Assembly: GCA_964016885.1 (NCBI GenBank)
Contig: OZ024744.1
Span: 117,924,001-117,988,000, forward strand
DNA from: Eledone cirrhosa
Taxonomy: Eukaryota
DNA: 64,000 nucleotides
Reading direction: 5' to 3'
Within the stretch, counting starts at the first letter, position 1, and each line of letters begins with the position of its first letter. A program made the translations under genes and the position numbers. Shown in pieces: positions 13,670 to 24,296 of the stretch. Under the pieces are notes generated by a model. It worked only from the letters and a program-made list of their open reading frames with translations, did no database searches and was not told the origin of the DNA.

Positions 13670-14329
13670 TAATTGTATATAAATGTGTGTGTGTAAACCG
13701 GCATCCAAATTGTATGTTTAATTCTCTTCTCTGTGTATCTGATTAAATATTTACCTGAAGATATATGTGTATGTAACTTACTAAGGCCTAATGTATGTAA
13801 CAAACTCGCAAACACTCATATACAAAATATGTCATCGTCGTGGTATGAACTGTCCTTTAGTTGACTATAGAAAGATTATTTTAGATAAAATATAATAGTG
13901 TTTTAATTCAAATGAAAATAGAAATTACATGTTCACACTCCCGGGGTCTAATACCTTGTAAAATATGATTTGATTTGGTCGAGCTGTTTAGGAATACATA
14001 AGAAAAAGACAGAGTGACAAAGAATTTTATATACTATATATTGTATACTATACATTTATATATTATATACTATATATTTCCGACAGGTACAAGCTGTAGC
14101 TGAAGCATATAGACAGTATGTCCCCCCCCCCCCCCCACCCCTTTTCCGAGATGCACCGAAACGAAGAAGTTCCGAGATGGATGCCATGTGTGTGTGCAAG
14201 CATTCAAAACAGCAAATTCTACAAAAGTGTAAAGTTGGAGCTGAAAGATGCTAAAGCACCGGTTTAAATAGCCAATCACCCTCATCAGCATCACCTGATA
14301 CTTAAAAATATTGTATTTTAAAACAAAAG

Positions 14330-14790
14330 AGACCTCCTATGAGATGCAAGATCATACATAGCAGCTTAGTTGAACTTGCATTGATGTAAGCTGTAACAAC
14401 AACAATATAGAGAGAGTTGATGAGGTTAGGGATTCTATCATTAAAACAGCCAAGAAACCTCCAATGAAATATAACCTTGTAGGAGACCAGCTAAACCTAC
14501 ATAGGTGCGAGATGTAACAACATGATAGGACTGCTGTCCCTATCATTAAAACAACCAAGACACCTCCTATGAGATACAACCTTGTAGGAGACCAGCTAAA
14601 CCTACATAGGTGTGAGATGTAACATGATAGGACTGGGGTTCCTATCATTAAAACACCCAAGAAACCTATGAGATACAACCTTATAGGAGACCAGCTAAAC
14701 CTACATATGTGTTAGATGTAACATGATAGGACTGGAGTCCCTATCATTAAAACACCCAAGAAACCTCCCATGAAACCTTGTGTGAGATGT
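14330..14790. repeat. ~100-105-bp tandem repeat (3-4 copies) containing the hairpin ATGATAGGAC-TGGG-GTCCCTATCAT
   Basis: AACCTTGTAGGAGACC-type motif recurs at 14473, 14578 and 14677; same family at 26680-26970. Confidence 0.85.
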
Positions 14791-14926
14791 AAATTTTATT
14801 TTTCAATTTTATTTTTCATTTCACTTTCAATTCTAACAATTTCATCATGGAAGTTATGATTCATTGCTTGAAAAAAAATTTCTTATTTCTAAATTTAAAA
14901 TCTTTTCATAATTTTGTCTCTTACAG

Positions 14927-15185
14927 GTGGAAATCGTGCTGCCACTGAATCTACTACACCTCTCCGTGGTGCTGGAGCCACTACTACTACAACTGCAGCA
15001 AATAGAGGTAAAATTCGGATGCCCAAAGGGCAGACTGTTATATCTCGGCAAGCTGTACAATGTCAAGTTTGTGCCAAAACCCTCAATAACCCCAGTGCCT
15101 TGGCAAAACACAAGCTCACCCACAGTGATGAAAGGAAATATGTCTGCCAGATATGTTCTAAAGCTTTTAAGAGACAGGATCATTT
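14927..15185 (+). CDS. ZNF541: ZNF541/TRERF1-like protein, first visible exon (C2H2 finger 1 and first half of finger 2)
   Basis: Acceptor ttacag|, donor |gtaagt; encodes CQVCAKTLNNPSALAKHKLTH and CQICSKAFKRQDHL; splices in phase 2 to 21133. The symbol denotes family similarity recalled from memory. Confidence 0.9.
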
Positions 15186-15337
15186 GTAAGTGTCTTCCAT
15201 TCCAGATAATTTCTTTATTATGCTGGATTATCTTTATTTAAAAATATATATATTTAACCCTTTTATTTTAATTAATTAATGTAGAATTTTTAGAGATTTA
15301 CTAAAATTATTAATTATTTCATTACTATGACAGCAAC

Positions 15338-15565
15338 TTAACCCTTTCAGGACCACATTTCTAATGAAATACACTCTATTTTAATTAATGAAGAATTTTG
15401 AGGTATTTACTAAAATTATTAATTATTTGATTACTAAGATAGTAACTTAATTTAAGGTTGTTATATAAAATTATATTGGACCAATTTAATTTAAATACAA
15501 AACCTCTAAAATGGGTGGTTTATAGAATCAGAGCTGGTTTTGAACAGGTTGGTAACTAAAGGTTA
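15338..15565 (+). mobile_element. piggyBac-type MITE family 2 (TTAACCCTTT ... GGTTGGTAACTAAAGGTTA)
   Basis: TTAA + CCCTTT left end and complementary right end; partial copies at 15254-15337, 15816-15905 (-), 21050-21089 and 49880-49990. Confidence 0.65.
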
Positions 15566-15909
15566 CACTTGTCAAACATCCTAACCCCATACTTGTCATT
15601 CTTCTTTCTTGCCTGTCTATTGCCACTCACCCTTTATATCTTACTCCTCCACCCCACCAGACACAGAGGGCTGTTTAGTTAGTTCACTGAATGACAACTT
15701 CACTACTGCCTCTCAAAACTCTAAATAGATAACATTTTTAACCTTGCCATATTTTCAGCAAAACAGTTTCCTATGATTTTGTAAGTAATGAAGAATTTGG
15801 AAAGATTTGTAACTTAATCTTTTAGTTACCAACCTGGCCAAAACTGGCTCTGGTTCTATGAAATAAAACCACCCATTTTAAAGAGTTCCTATTTAACCCT
15901 TTAGTTAAC

Positions 15910-16165
15910 CCTATAGGTGATCAGCTGGTTGTCGGGTTTTTTGAAGTTTGTGTTACATATCGACATGTCATTGGCGTCGCAGAATTCAAGAAGTCTGAAT
16001 CCTTCCTCATTCCTTGTGCCAACTCCATGGCCTCCATGTACTCTATTGAAGCCATCATAGTGTTTACCTACGTGTCCGTTAAAATCTCCTGCGATGATTA
16101 GGAAGTCATTGTCGTCTGTTAGAGCACTAGTGTGCATTAGGGACTCGTAAAACCTATCCTTAAGT
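15910..16165 (-). mobile_element. RTE-clade LINE endonuclease fragment
   Basis: IAGDFNGHVG...GGHGVGTRNEEGFRLLEFCDAN...NTNFKK. Confidence 0.85.
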
Positions 16166-16169
16166 AAGC

Positions 16170-17146
16170 TTCACATGCAGCAGCTGTGCTGAGACAGCAA
16201 GCAGCAAACAGCCACAGGAAACAAGTACCACCAATCTCTGGAAGTGCTCTGTAGAAACAGTAGACAGCTTCTGCTACCTAGGTGACCTAATTAGCAGCGG
16301 AGGTGGGTGTTCAGAAAGTACAATAACTAGGGTAAGAATGGGATGGAAGAAGTTTAGGAATCTACTACCACAGCTAGCTGCAAAAGGCTTCTCCCTCAGA
16401 ATGAAAGGCAGACTGAATGATGGTGTATCCAAACAGCGATGTTGCATGGTAGTGAGACCTGGGCGCTGAAGGTGGAAGACTTACGTAGATTAGAGAGAAA
16501 CGAAGCCTGCATGCTCCGATGGATGTGTAATAGTAATATACGCGAACGACAAAGCATAAATGAATTGAGAGAGAGACTGAGCATAAGAGGAATCAAATGC
16601 TGTGTGCAGGAGAGGCGGTTGCGCTGGTATGGACATGTGATGCGTATGAAGGATGACAGCTGCATAAAAAGGTGCAGAGCACTAGAAGTTGATGGAAACC
16701 GCAGAGTGGGGAGACCCAAGATGACCTTGGATGAGGTGATAAAAGCCGACCTTAACCAATTACACCTCTCAAAGGCAATGACACACGACCGTGACTTCTG
16801 GCGTCACGCAGTAATACAGAGTACCCGATCTCCCATGGGTACAAGCTGAAGCATATAGACAATATGCCCCCCCCCCCCCCACCGCAAGGTGGTCGTGGAG
16901 GTGCCACGGCAAAAAAGCACCCAGCCCACACTGTAAAGTGGACGTGTAGGCGCCACGAAAAAGCACCCAGCACTCACTGTAAATGAGGTTGGTGTTAGGA
17001 AGGGCATCCAGCTGTAGAAATCAAGCCAAATCAGTTCCTGTATGAGCAAGGCATGGTCAGCCGACCAGACACTGCCCACAACAGGACAACCCGTCTAACC
17101 CATGCTAGCGTGGAAGAACGGACGTAAAACGGTGATGATGATGATG
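16170..17146 (+). mobile_element. RTE-clade LINE 3' fragment (RT C-terminus + 3'UTR with two ~48-bp internal repeats and a (TGA)n tail)
   Basis: VDSFCYLG, MLHGSETWAL...LRWMC...RRLRWYGHVMR...GRPK; tail TGATGATGATGATGA. Confidence 0.88.
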
Positions 17147-17579
17147 AACCTTATATTAAGTTATCTTAGTCTTCTTTTTCTTCTTCTTCACCCACTTTTT
17201 CGTGAGATGGGGGCAGTTCTTACATAAAATTATGATCAATAGTTTTTAGATAAATATAAACACTTTAACATAAACAGTTTTGTATGATAGAACCAGGGGT
17301 GTTTGGAACATAACTTAACAAAGGTTCTTACATAAAATTATGATGGAAGGTTTTTAGATAAATATGAATTCTTTACCACAGTTGTATCATAGAAGAAGGG
17401 GTGTTTTCAGATGTTTGGGTATCAATTGCTTAGACAGGAGAGAAAAAGCAGTGCCCAGTGCATTTGTTAGCTAAAGAGAATTAAGCAAGTATATTTCTCT
17501 TCATTCCATTTTAATGTTATATATTAGAAGTTGTTATACTTGGGGAGGGTCATATTTGTGTAATATTGCCAGAATTAAT

Positions 17580-18940
17580 AACAGAACACACTCACTGTTT
17601 GGTTGGTTTTCGCTTCTCGCTGTCTTTTATATCGGTAATCTAACTTACTCGGTCCTCAATGTTGCCATTGACTGACCGACGGTCAAAAATAATACAGATA
17701 CAATATAGACACAAACACATATATATAGTTTATCATAAATCTTTCGTTGCACATCTGCAACATCGTCAGTGGTGTTATATTTTCCTCCTGTTGTATTGTA
17801 TGTCTACGCCATTTTTATTCAGTCTGTCTATATATTTATTTATTTATTTGCTTGTTTGTTTATTTTGTCTTCTTTGCGCATGCGTTTGCGTGTGTGTATA
17901 GTGTTATGTTTGCTGTGTGATGGGTGACTAGTGTGTGTTTATGTGCATGTTGTTATTGTGCTTGTGTATGTATTTATATATTTATCTTATTTTATTTACT
18001 TATTTATACTTCTCTTAGGTCAGTGTTGTTTGTTTGGGTGTTGTTATTCCATTCATTCTTTCTGTCTAGCTTTGGTCTTCTAATTTCTATTTCACTGGCC
18101 TCTCTGATTTGCCTATCTGCTGGGTCATTTCTAAGTTTAGATTGTCTAGCATGTTCGTATAGTACTGACCCGTTTTTTCGTCCTTTTAGTTCCCCCCAGT
18201 GTTGGTCTATCCTTTCACCTATGCTACTAGCTGTCTCACCTATGTATGTTGTTGTCATGTTTCTGCAAGTACCCTCTGTACATCTTATGCTATAGACTAC
18301 GTTTCTAGTTTTACAGTTTATCCGGGGGTTCACCTTACATATGATACATTTCCTATTGGTACAGTGGGTTTTCTTAAAAGGGTAGGTTTTGCTGATCAGG
18401 GATTTTATGGTGGTTCCTGGCTTTTCTACCACCTTTATTTTTAAGTGGGTCTTTCTCAGGGCCTTTCTACACTGGTTAGCTAATTTCCCTCCAGGGGTGG
18501 CGTCCACAAACATGACACTCTGGTATCTCTGGTTGTCGTACCATGAGGTGGCTTTCCCTATCTTATGTCTAGCCCTATCTAAGCTATTCCATGATTTGCT
18601 CCTGTATAATGGGCAAATTCCTTTCATGTCCAGTTCTATGAGGGTCTTATACTTTTCCATGGCTCCTTTATATACTCTGACTCTGTCTCTTTGGTTGTAG
18701 CCAGAGAACTGCATGCGGTTGATGAAGTGTTGGATGTGTCTTTCCATTTCTGTTGGGTCACACATGTGGGACACGTTCTTCATCACTCGTACCAAATCTG
18801 CGATCAGAATATTAAACTTAGCACTACTGGACATTGCTGAGTTTTTTAGTATCAGGTATTTGGAGGCCATGGGTTTAGCATAATGTGAGTGGAGAATTTG
18901 GGCTCTCTCGTCTATAGTGTTAATCCAGAGTTTAATATCC
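17580..18940 (-). mobile_element. Penelope-like retroelement 3' fragment (RT thumb/linker + GIY-YIG endonuclease + pseudo-LTR)
   Basis: ORF 18004-18870 has C..C..C linker then NVVYSIRC....YIGET...GERIDQH...EH...RQIREASEI. Confidence 0.88.
17732..17773 (-). ncRNA. Minimal type I hammerhead ribozyme motif in the Penelope pseudo-LTR (slightly decayed)
   Basis: The - strand reads acca CTGACGA t GTTGCA gatg TGCAAC GAAA gatt TA tgat: complete core and perfect 6-bp stem II. Confidence 0.7.
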
Positions 18941-19187
18941 TATATTTGTGATTATTTTGTTTAATTTTTCTTGGTATCTCAAATTTATATATATTTATTT
19001 TCTATTTTGATATAGTTAGCTTTATGATTATGCAAAATTGATGAAAATATATACACTGTTATCTACCTGTCTATGGTAGAGCCAATAACACTTAGAATTC
19101 CAGCACAGAAGTAATAATTCCAACAAGATCAGGTGATGACAGTTCTTGTCCTTGTACTGGATTTTATGGAGCATTCAAATAAGTAAT

Positions 19188-19190
19188 ATA

Positions 19191-19261
<71 letters not shown>

Positions 19262-19263
19262 GG

Positions 19264-19305
<42 letters not shown>
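19188..19305. repeat. Compound (TG)n(TA)n(TG)n microsatellite
   Basis: Visible. Confidence 0.95.
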
Positions 19306-19306
<1 letters not shown>

Positions 19307-20010
19307 GAATATTGAAATAAAAAAGTGAAGTTCAGTGCTTAATTAGTTCATTGCTCTACGATAGTTTCAGAAGGTTGGTTGATCATGATAAATCAATAGT
19401 GACTAATTAATAGTAGTTATGTAACTCCATAATATACATCTCTCTCACCATCTCCATCAGAAATATAAATTGTTTCTACTTTAGGCACAAGGCCAGCAAT
19501 TATCCCCATTGCATTACTGGTACTTTATTTTATTGGCCCCGCAAGGATGAAAGGCAAAACTAACTTCAGAAATATAAATTGGATGGAAATAAATATTAAA
19601 TTGAATGGAATTAATATTAAATTGATGGAAATATATATTAAATTGGAGGGAAATATTAAATTGAATTTATTTTTCTTTATTTCTGTTCTTTGCTGGTTAC
19701 AACATTTTTTTACATGTTTAGCTAATTCTAGTTCCATTAAATATATATTTATATTGTTTAAAAGTGTATGAGACCTATATAAAAAAAATGCCATTCAAAT
19801 CTTTACCATGTAGAAAGCTTGCCAACTAAGGGATATATATATACATAGACCTGTCAACTCCCCCACCCACCCACCCACCCACTGGGTGAGAAATGTCTTC
19901 TCTTGTGAAAATGAGTATAGCTTTCATTATGTAAAATTTCCCCATTTTGCCACAGTTCACCCCGTTTGGGTTTTTAGGTTGGTGGGTTTGTGTGTGTGTA
20001 TGTATATATA

Positions 20011-20171
20011 TATAAATTTTAATGGGATTATATATATATATATTTATATATATATATATATATCATCATCATCGTCCATTTTCCCACACTTGCATATATA
20101 TATATCTATATATATAAAATATATATATATATGCAAGTGTGGGAAAATGGACGATGATGATATATTTATAT

Positions 20172-20230
<59 letters not shown>

Positions 20231-20248
20231 ATCCCATTCAAATTTATA
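20011..20248. repeat. AT-rich near-perfect palindrome (fold-back duplication)
   Basis: Inner arms TCATCATCGTCCATTTTCCCACACTTGCAT / ATGCAAGTGTGGGAAAATGGACGATGATGA; outer arms TATAAATTTTAATGGGATTA / TAATCCCATTCAAATTTATA. Confidence 0.9.
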
Positions 20249-20439
20249 CCACGTAGAAAGCTTGCTAAACCAAGGCTGTATAAAAAATCCCACAAAGAAA
20301 GGTTGCCAAAGACCTACAATCCCATTCATAATTTCTTCATTTTAAAATATTTCCAATTTTATAGGTCACCATAACCTATAATTGATTTTTTTTTTTTAAA
20401 TAATTTAATTTTTTTAATTTTTGTGGAGGTAATATATAA

Positions 20440-20670
20440 AGTTAGTCAAAGTTTGTCCGTTCTAAGCTGAAGGCTCATCTGTCTGGTGTTTATCCCCAGT
20501 TTCTTTTGTGTTAAGCAACTGAGAGTACAAGACTCTCCCTGGATAGGACACCAGTCTATTGCAGGATTAACTCCCCAGCTACTGTTAGTTCTCACGCAGC
20601 TGAGTATACTGGAACAATGTAAAACAAAATGTTTTGCTCGAGAACATAATGCAGTACCCTGTGCAGGATA
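20440..20670 (-). mobile_element. SINE (CORE-like, family C), degraded
   Basis: Homologous to 50790-51060, 51170-51520 and 57010-57325 (GAGCAAAACA.TT...CCAGTATACTCAGCTG, GTACTCTCAGTTGCTT). Confidence 0.65.
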
Positions 20671-20735
20671 GGATTTATAAACCATAAACATATTTGACTC
20701 CATTAGCTTTGTTGGAAAAGTTGAATAGGTGTACA

Positions 20736-20942
20736 TTAACCCTTTAACATTTACATTACTCCATATATTTACTATTGTATTTTCATGGTAAAGGCTTTAT
20801 CTCACATAATATCGAATCTGTGAGATTTTGATATTATTTATTTTGAGAACAATACCTTAACATTAGTATGAGTGGCCGGTTGAGCAGAAAGAGGTGATAA
20901 AATTCTGATTGGATATGGCCAGTTTAAATGCTAAAGGGTTAA
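20736..20942 (+). mobile_element. piggyBac-type MITE family 1 (~200 bp) with TTAA target-site duplication
   Basis: TTAA-CCCTTTAACATTTA ... TAAATGCTAAAGGG-TTAA terminal inverted repeats; second copy at 35266-35462. Confidence 0.85.
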
Positions 20943-21132
20943 AGGTTAATGATGTGAAGATGCAGAGAAACACATACACAGGGTAAAGACCTCCTTCAGT
21001 CATGAATGACCATGAGATTTTCACCTAGAAAGTTCCCCTCTAAGGGGAACCAGAGCTGGTTTGGGCCAGGTTGGTAACTAAAGGGTTAAAAATAATTTCT
21101 CTTTTTTTTTCTTTTTCTTCTTTCTTCTGCAG

Positions 21133-21440
21133 GAATGGGCATTTGGTTACACATCGTGCTAAAAAACCTTTTGCATGTCATTTTGAAGGGTGTGATAAAA
21201 GTTACTGTGATAATCGGTCATTACGGCGCCATCTAGAAAACCATCACAACAAACAGAATCCTGATGTTAGCAGCAGTAGCAGCGGTGCTGTCACAAACCC
21301 TGCTGCAGCAGGCGCCACTGCAAGTAATGCAAGCATCTCATCTTCGGTGTCAACCCAGAGCACCACGAGTAACAATATTCCAGTATGTTCAATAACCAAT
21401 CAGTCTATGGATTTTCAAGGAAACAACAACAACAACAACA

Positions 21441-21471
<31 letters not shown>

Positions 21472-22240
21472 AGGAAGTGATATTTTTAATGATAATACTA
21501 ACAACACAAGTCGTATTCATTATGCTCCACCGCCTCCCTATAACTCGTCAGTAACTCCCGAGGAAGGTCAACAATGTGTAAATACACAACCCCAATACTT
21601 CCAGTTTGATACAACTATACAACAAGTGCAGCAGTTGCAACAACAACAACGCATACAGCAGCAACAACAACAGAAACAACAACAAAAACAACCACAGCAG
21701 CAGAAACAACCCCAGCAACAGCCACAGCAGCAGCAACAACCACAACAACAAAAGCAACAACAACAGCAGCCACAAACTCAACAACAACAACAGCAGCCAC
21801 AGACTCAACAACAACAACAGCAGCCACAAACTCAACAACAACAAACTCAACAACAACAGCAGCCACAAACTCAACAACAACAGCAACAGCCACAAACTCA
21901 ACAACAGCAGCAGGCACAAACTCAACAACAGCAGCAGGCACAAACTCAACAACAGCAGCAGGCACAAACTCAACAACAGCAGCAGGCACAAACTCAACAA
22001 CAACAGCAGCAGGCACAAACTCAACAACAGCAGCAGGCACAAACTCAACAACAACAGCAGGCACAAACTCAACAACAACAGCCACAAACTCAACAACAAC
22101 AACAGCAGCCACAAACTCAACAACAACAACAGCAGCCACAAACTCAACAACAACAACAGCAGCCACAAACTCAACAACTTCAAACATCTTTTCAAACTTC
22201 AGATAATATACAGAACTGGCAACAGGACCACATATATAAA
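21133..22240 (+). CDS. ZNF541: ZNF541/TRERF1-like exon 2 (end of finger 2, finger 3, Asn/Ser tracts, polyQ/QT repeats)
   Basis: Acceptor ctgcag|; completes HL-NGHLVTH; encodes KPFACHFEGCDKSYCDNRSLRRHLENHH. Donor |gtttgt is inferred from the phase-0 join to 27065. Confidence 0.85.
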
Positions 22241-22308
22241 GTTTGTATTTTATTTATTTCTAACATTCATCACCATCATCTTCATCATTTAATATCCACT
22301 TTCCCTGT

Positions 22309-23170
22309 TAGCAGGGGTTAGACAGGTCTACATAGACCAAGTCAGTACTGAAGTGGGGTACTGATCTGCCAGACAAGCCAGGGACCTGTCATATCACCTA
22401 TATTCCCAGCAGGGGTTAAACAGGTCTACATAGATAGACCAATTCAGTACTGAAGTGGGGTACTGATCTGCCAGACAAACCAGGGATCTGTCATATCACC
22501 TATATTCCCAGCAGGGGTTAGACAGGTCTACATAGACCAATTCAGTACTGAAGTGGGGTACTGATCTGCCAGACAAGCCAGGGACCTGTCATATCACCTA
22601 TATTCCCAGCAGGGGTTAAACAGGTCTACATAGATAGACCAAGTCAGTACTGAAGTGGGGTACTGATCTCCCAGACAAACCAGGGATCTGTCATATCACC
22701 TATATTCCCAGCAGGGGTTAGACAGGTCTACATAGACTAAGTCAGTACTGAAGTGGGGTACTGATCTCCCAGACAAACCAGGGATCTGTCATATCACCTA
22801 TATTCCCAGCAGGGGTTAGACAGGTCTACATAGACTAAGTCAGTACTGAAGTGGGGTACTGATCTCCCAGACAAACCAGGGATCTGTCATATCACCTATA
22901 TTCCCAGCAGGGGTTAGACAGGTCTACATAGACCAAGTCAGTACTGAAGTGGGGTACTGATCTCCCAGACAAACCAGGGATCTGTCATATCACCTATATT
23001 CCCAGCAGGGGTTAGACAGGTCTACATAGACCAAGTCAGTACTGAAGTGGGGTACTGATCTCCCAGACAAACCAGGGATCTGTCATATCACCTATATTCC
23101 CAGCAGGGGTTAGACAGGTCTACATAGACCAAGTCAGTACTGAAGTGGGGTACTGATCTCCCTGACAGAT
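22309..23170. repeat. 98-bp tandem array (~9 copies); diverged copies at 23525-23705
   Basis: GCAGGGGTTAGACAGG recurs at 22711, 22809 and onward. Confidence 0.93.
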
Positions 23171-23286
23171 CAGGACTACACGCCACACACATATATATAT
23201 ATATAGTAGATGGAAACCAAAGCGAAGCTGTGGTGATTATATATATATTATGCTTTATATATTCATTCTGTCATTACAACAGCAGA

Positions 23287-23371
23287 GGTCCGACGAGCTT
23301 TCGATTCTAGAGTTGGGTCAGATCGATACAGATCGAACCTTGAGCTGATCAATAGCGAAATGCGTGTCACC
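23287..23371 (+). ncRNA. Hammerhead-like motif (U4>C variant) with extended stem II, probably a Penelope pseudo-LTR remnant
   Basis: ggt CCGACGA gct...agc GAAA tgcgtg TC acc, followed by AATAAA. Confidence 0.5.
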
Positions 23372-23749
23372 AATCAATAAACATAAGGAAGGCTTAACAA
23401 ATCGTCCTTGTATTATATATTTACACTCTGTTTACACCTCGCTACAGACGTGAATCTAAACATCAAGTGCTCACCTGGGTGAACCTATAGTAACTTCACG
23501 TTACACTCACTGGATATATATATCATCATTTAATGTCCACTTTCCCTGCTAGCAAGCGTTAGACAGGACCAAGTCAGTACTAAAGTGGGGCTACTAACCT
23601 CCCAGAGAAGCCAGGGATCTGTCATATCACCTATATTCCCTGCTAGCAAGGGTTAGATAGGACCAAGCCAGTACTAAAGTGGGCTACTAACCTCCCAGAG
23701 GGGTCTGTATCTTGATTACATAAGGTCATAAGTTCTATCAAGTGCAGAG

Positions 23750-24296
23750 GAAAAGTTAAGTCTTTTGACACAAACTGAAGTGTCCTCACAACATTATATT
23801 CATCAAACAACAACAATAGTTTTCCCAGCAACACTTTCAGTATATCCATTACCATTTCTAAAGAAGCCATCTAAATAGCAAAAGCTATCAACTTCTTCTA
23901 GTAAACCTTTTGAACACTTGAGGGAGTCCATTTTCTCAGTTCCATGTACAGTCGTTTCACTAAGAAGAAGGTATCATTTGTACTCTACCCTGGCACAAAT
24001 CCAAACTACATCTCATCTAATTCTATTTGTAATTAGTTGAGCTAAAACTCTTTCAGCCACTTTCACAATCTGATCCAGGTTTCACTGCCATGTAACATAG
24101 CAGTTCAAATACAAGCCTCATAGAATCTGCCCTGAATGTTTTCCATCCTCTTCTCACTCTGGTAACATCACTTTCAATACATATATTACCATTGCTAATG
24201 AAGGCACCTAGATAGCAAAAGCTATCAACTACTTCTAGTCAACCTTCTGAATATTTCAGGGAGTCTATTTCCTGAGTTCCTTTCCTATTGACTATT
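23750..24296 (-). mobile_element. Decayed RTE LINE RT fragments
   Basis: The - strand encodes LEVVDSFCYLG-like segments (two copies) and LHGSETW-like sequence. Confidence 0.7.

Noticed and set aside
21548-22292. Poly-Leu, poly-Val and poly-Asn ORFs (also 37107-37562, 44557-44769)
   Set aside because: Alternative frames and antisense of the polyQ exons
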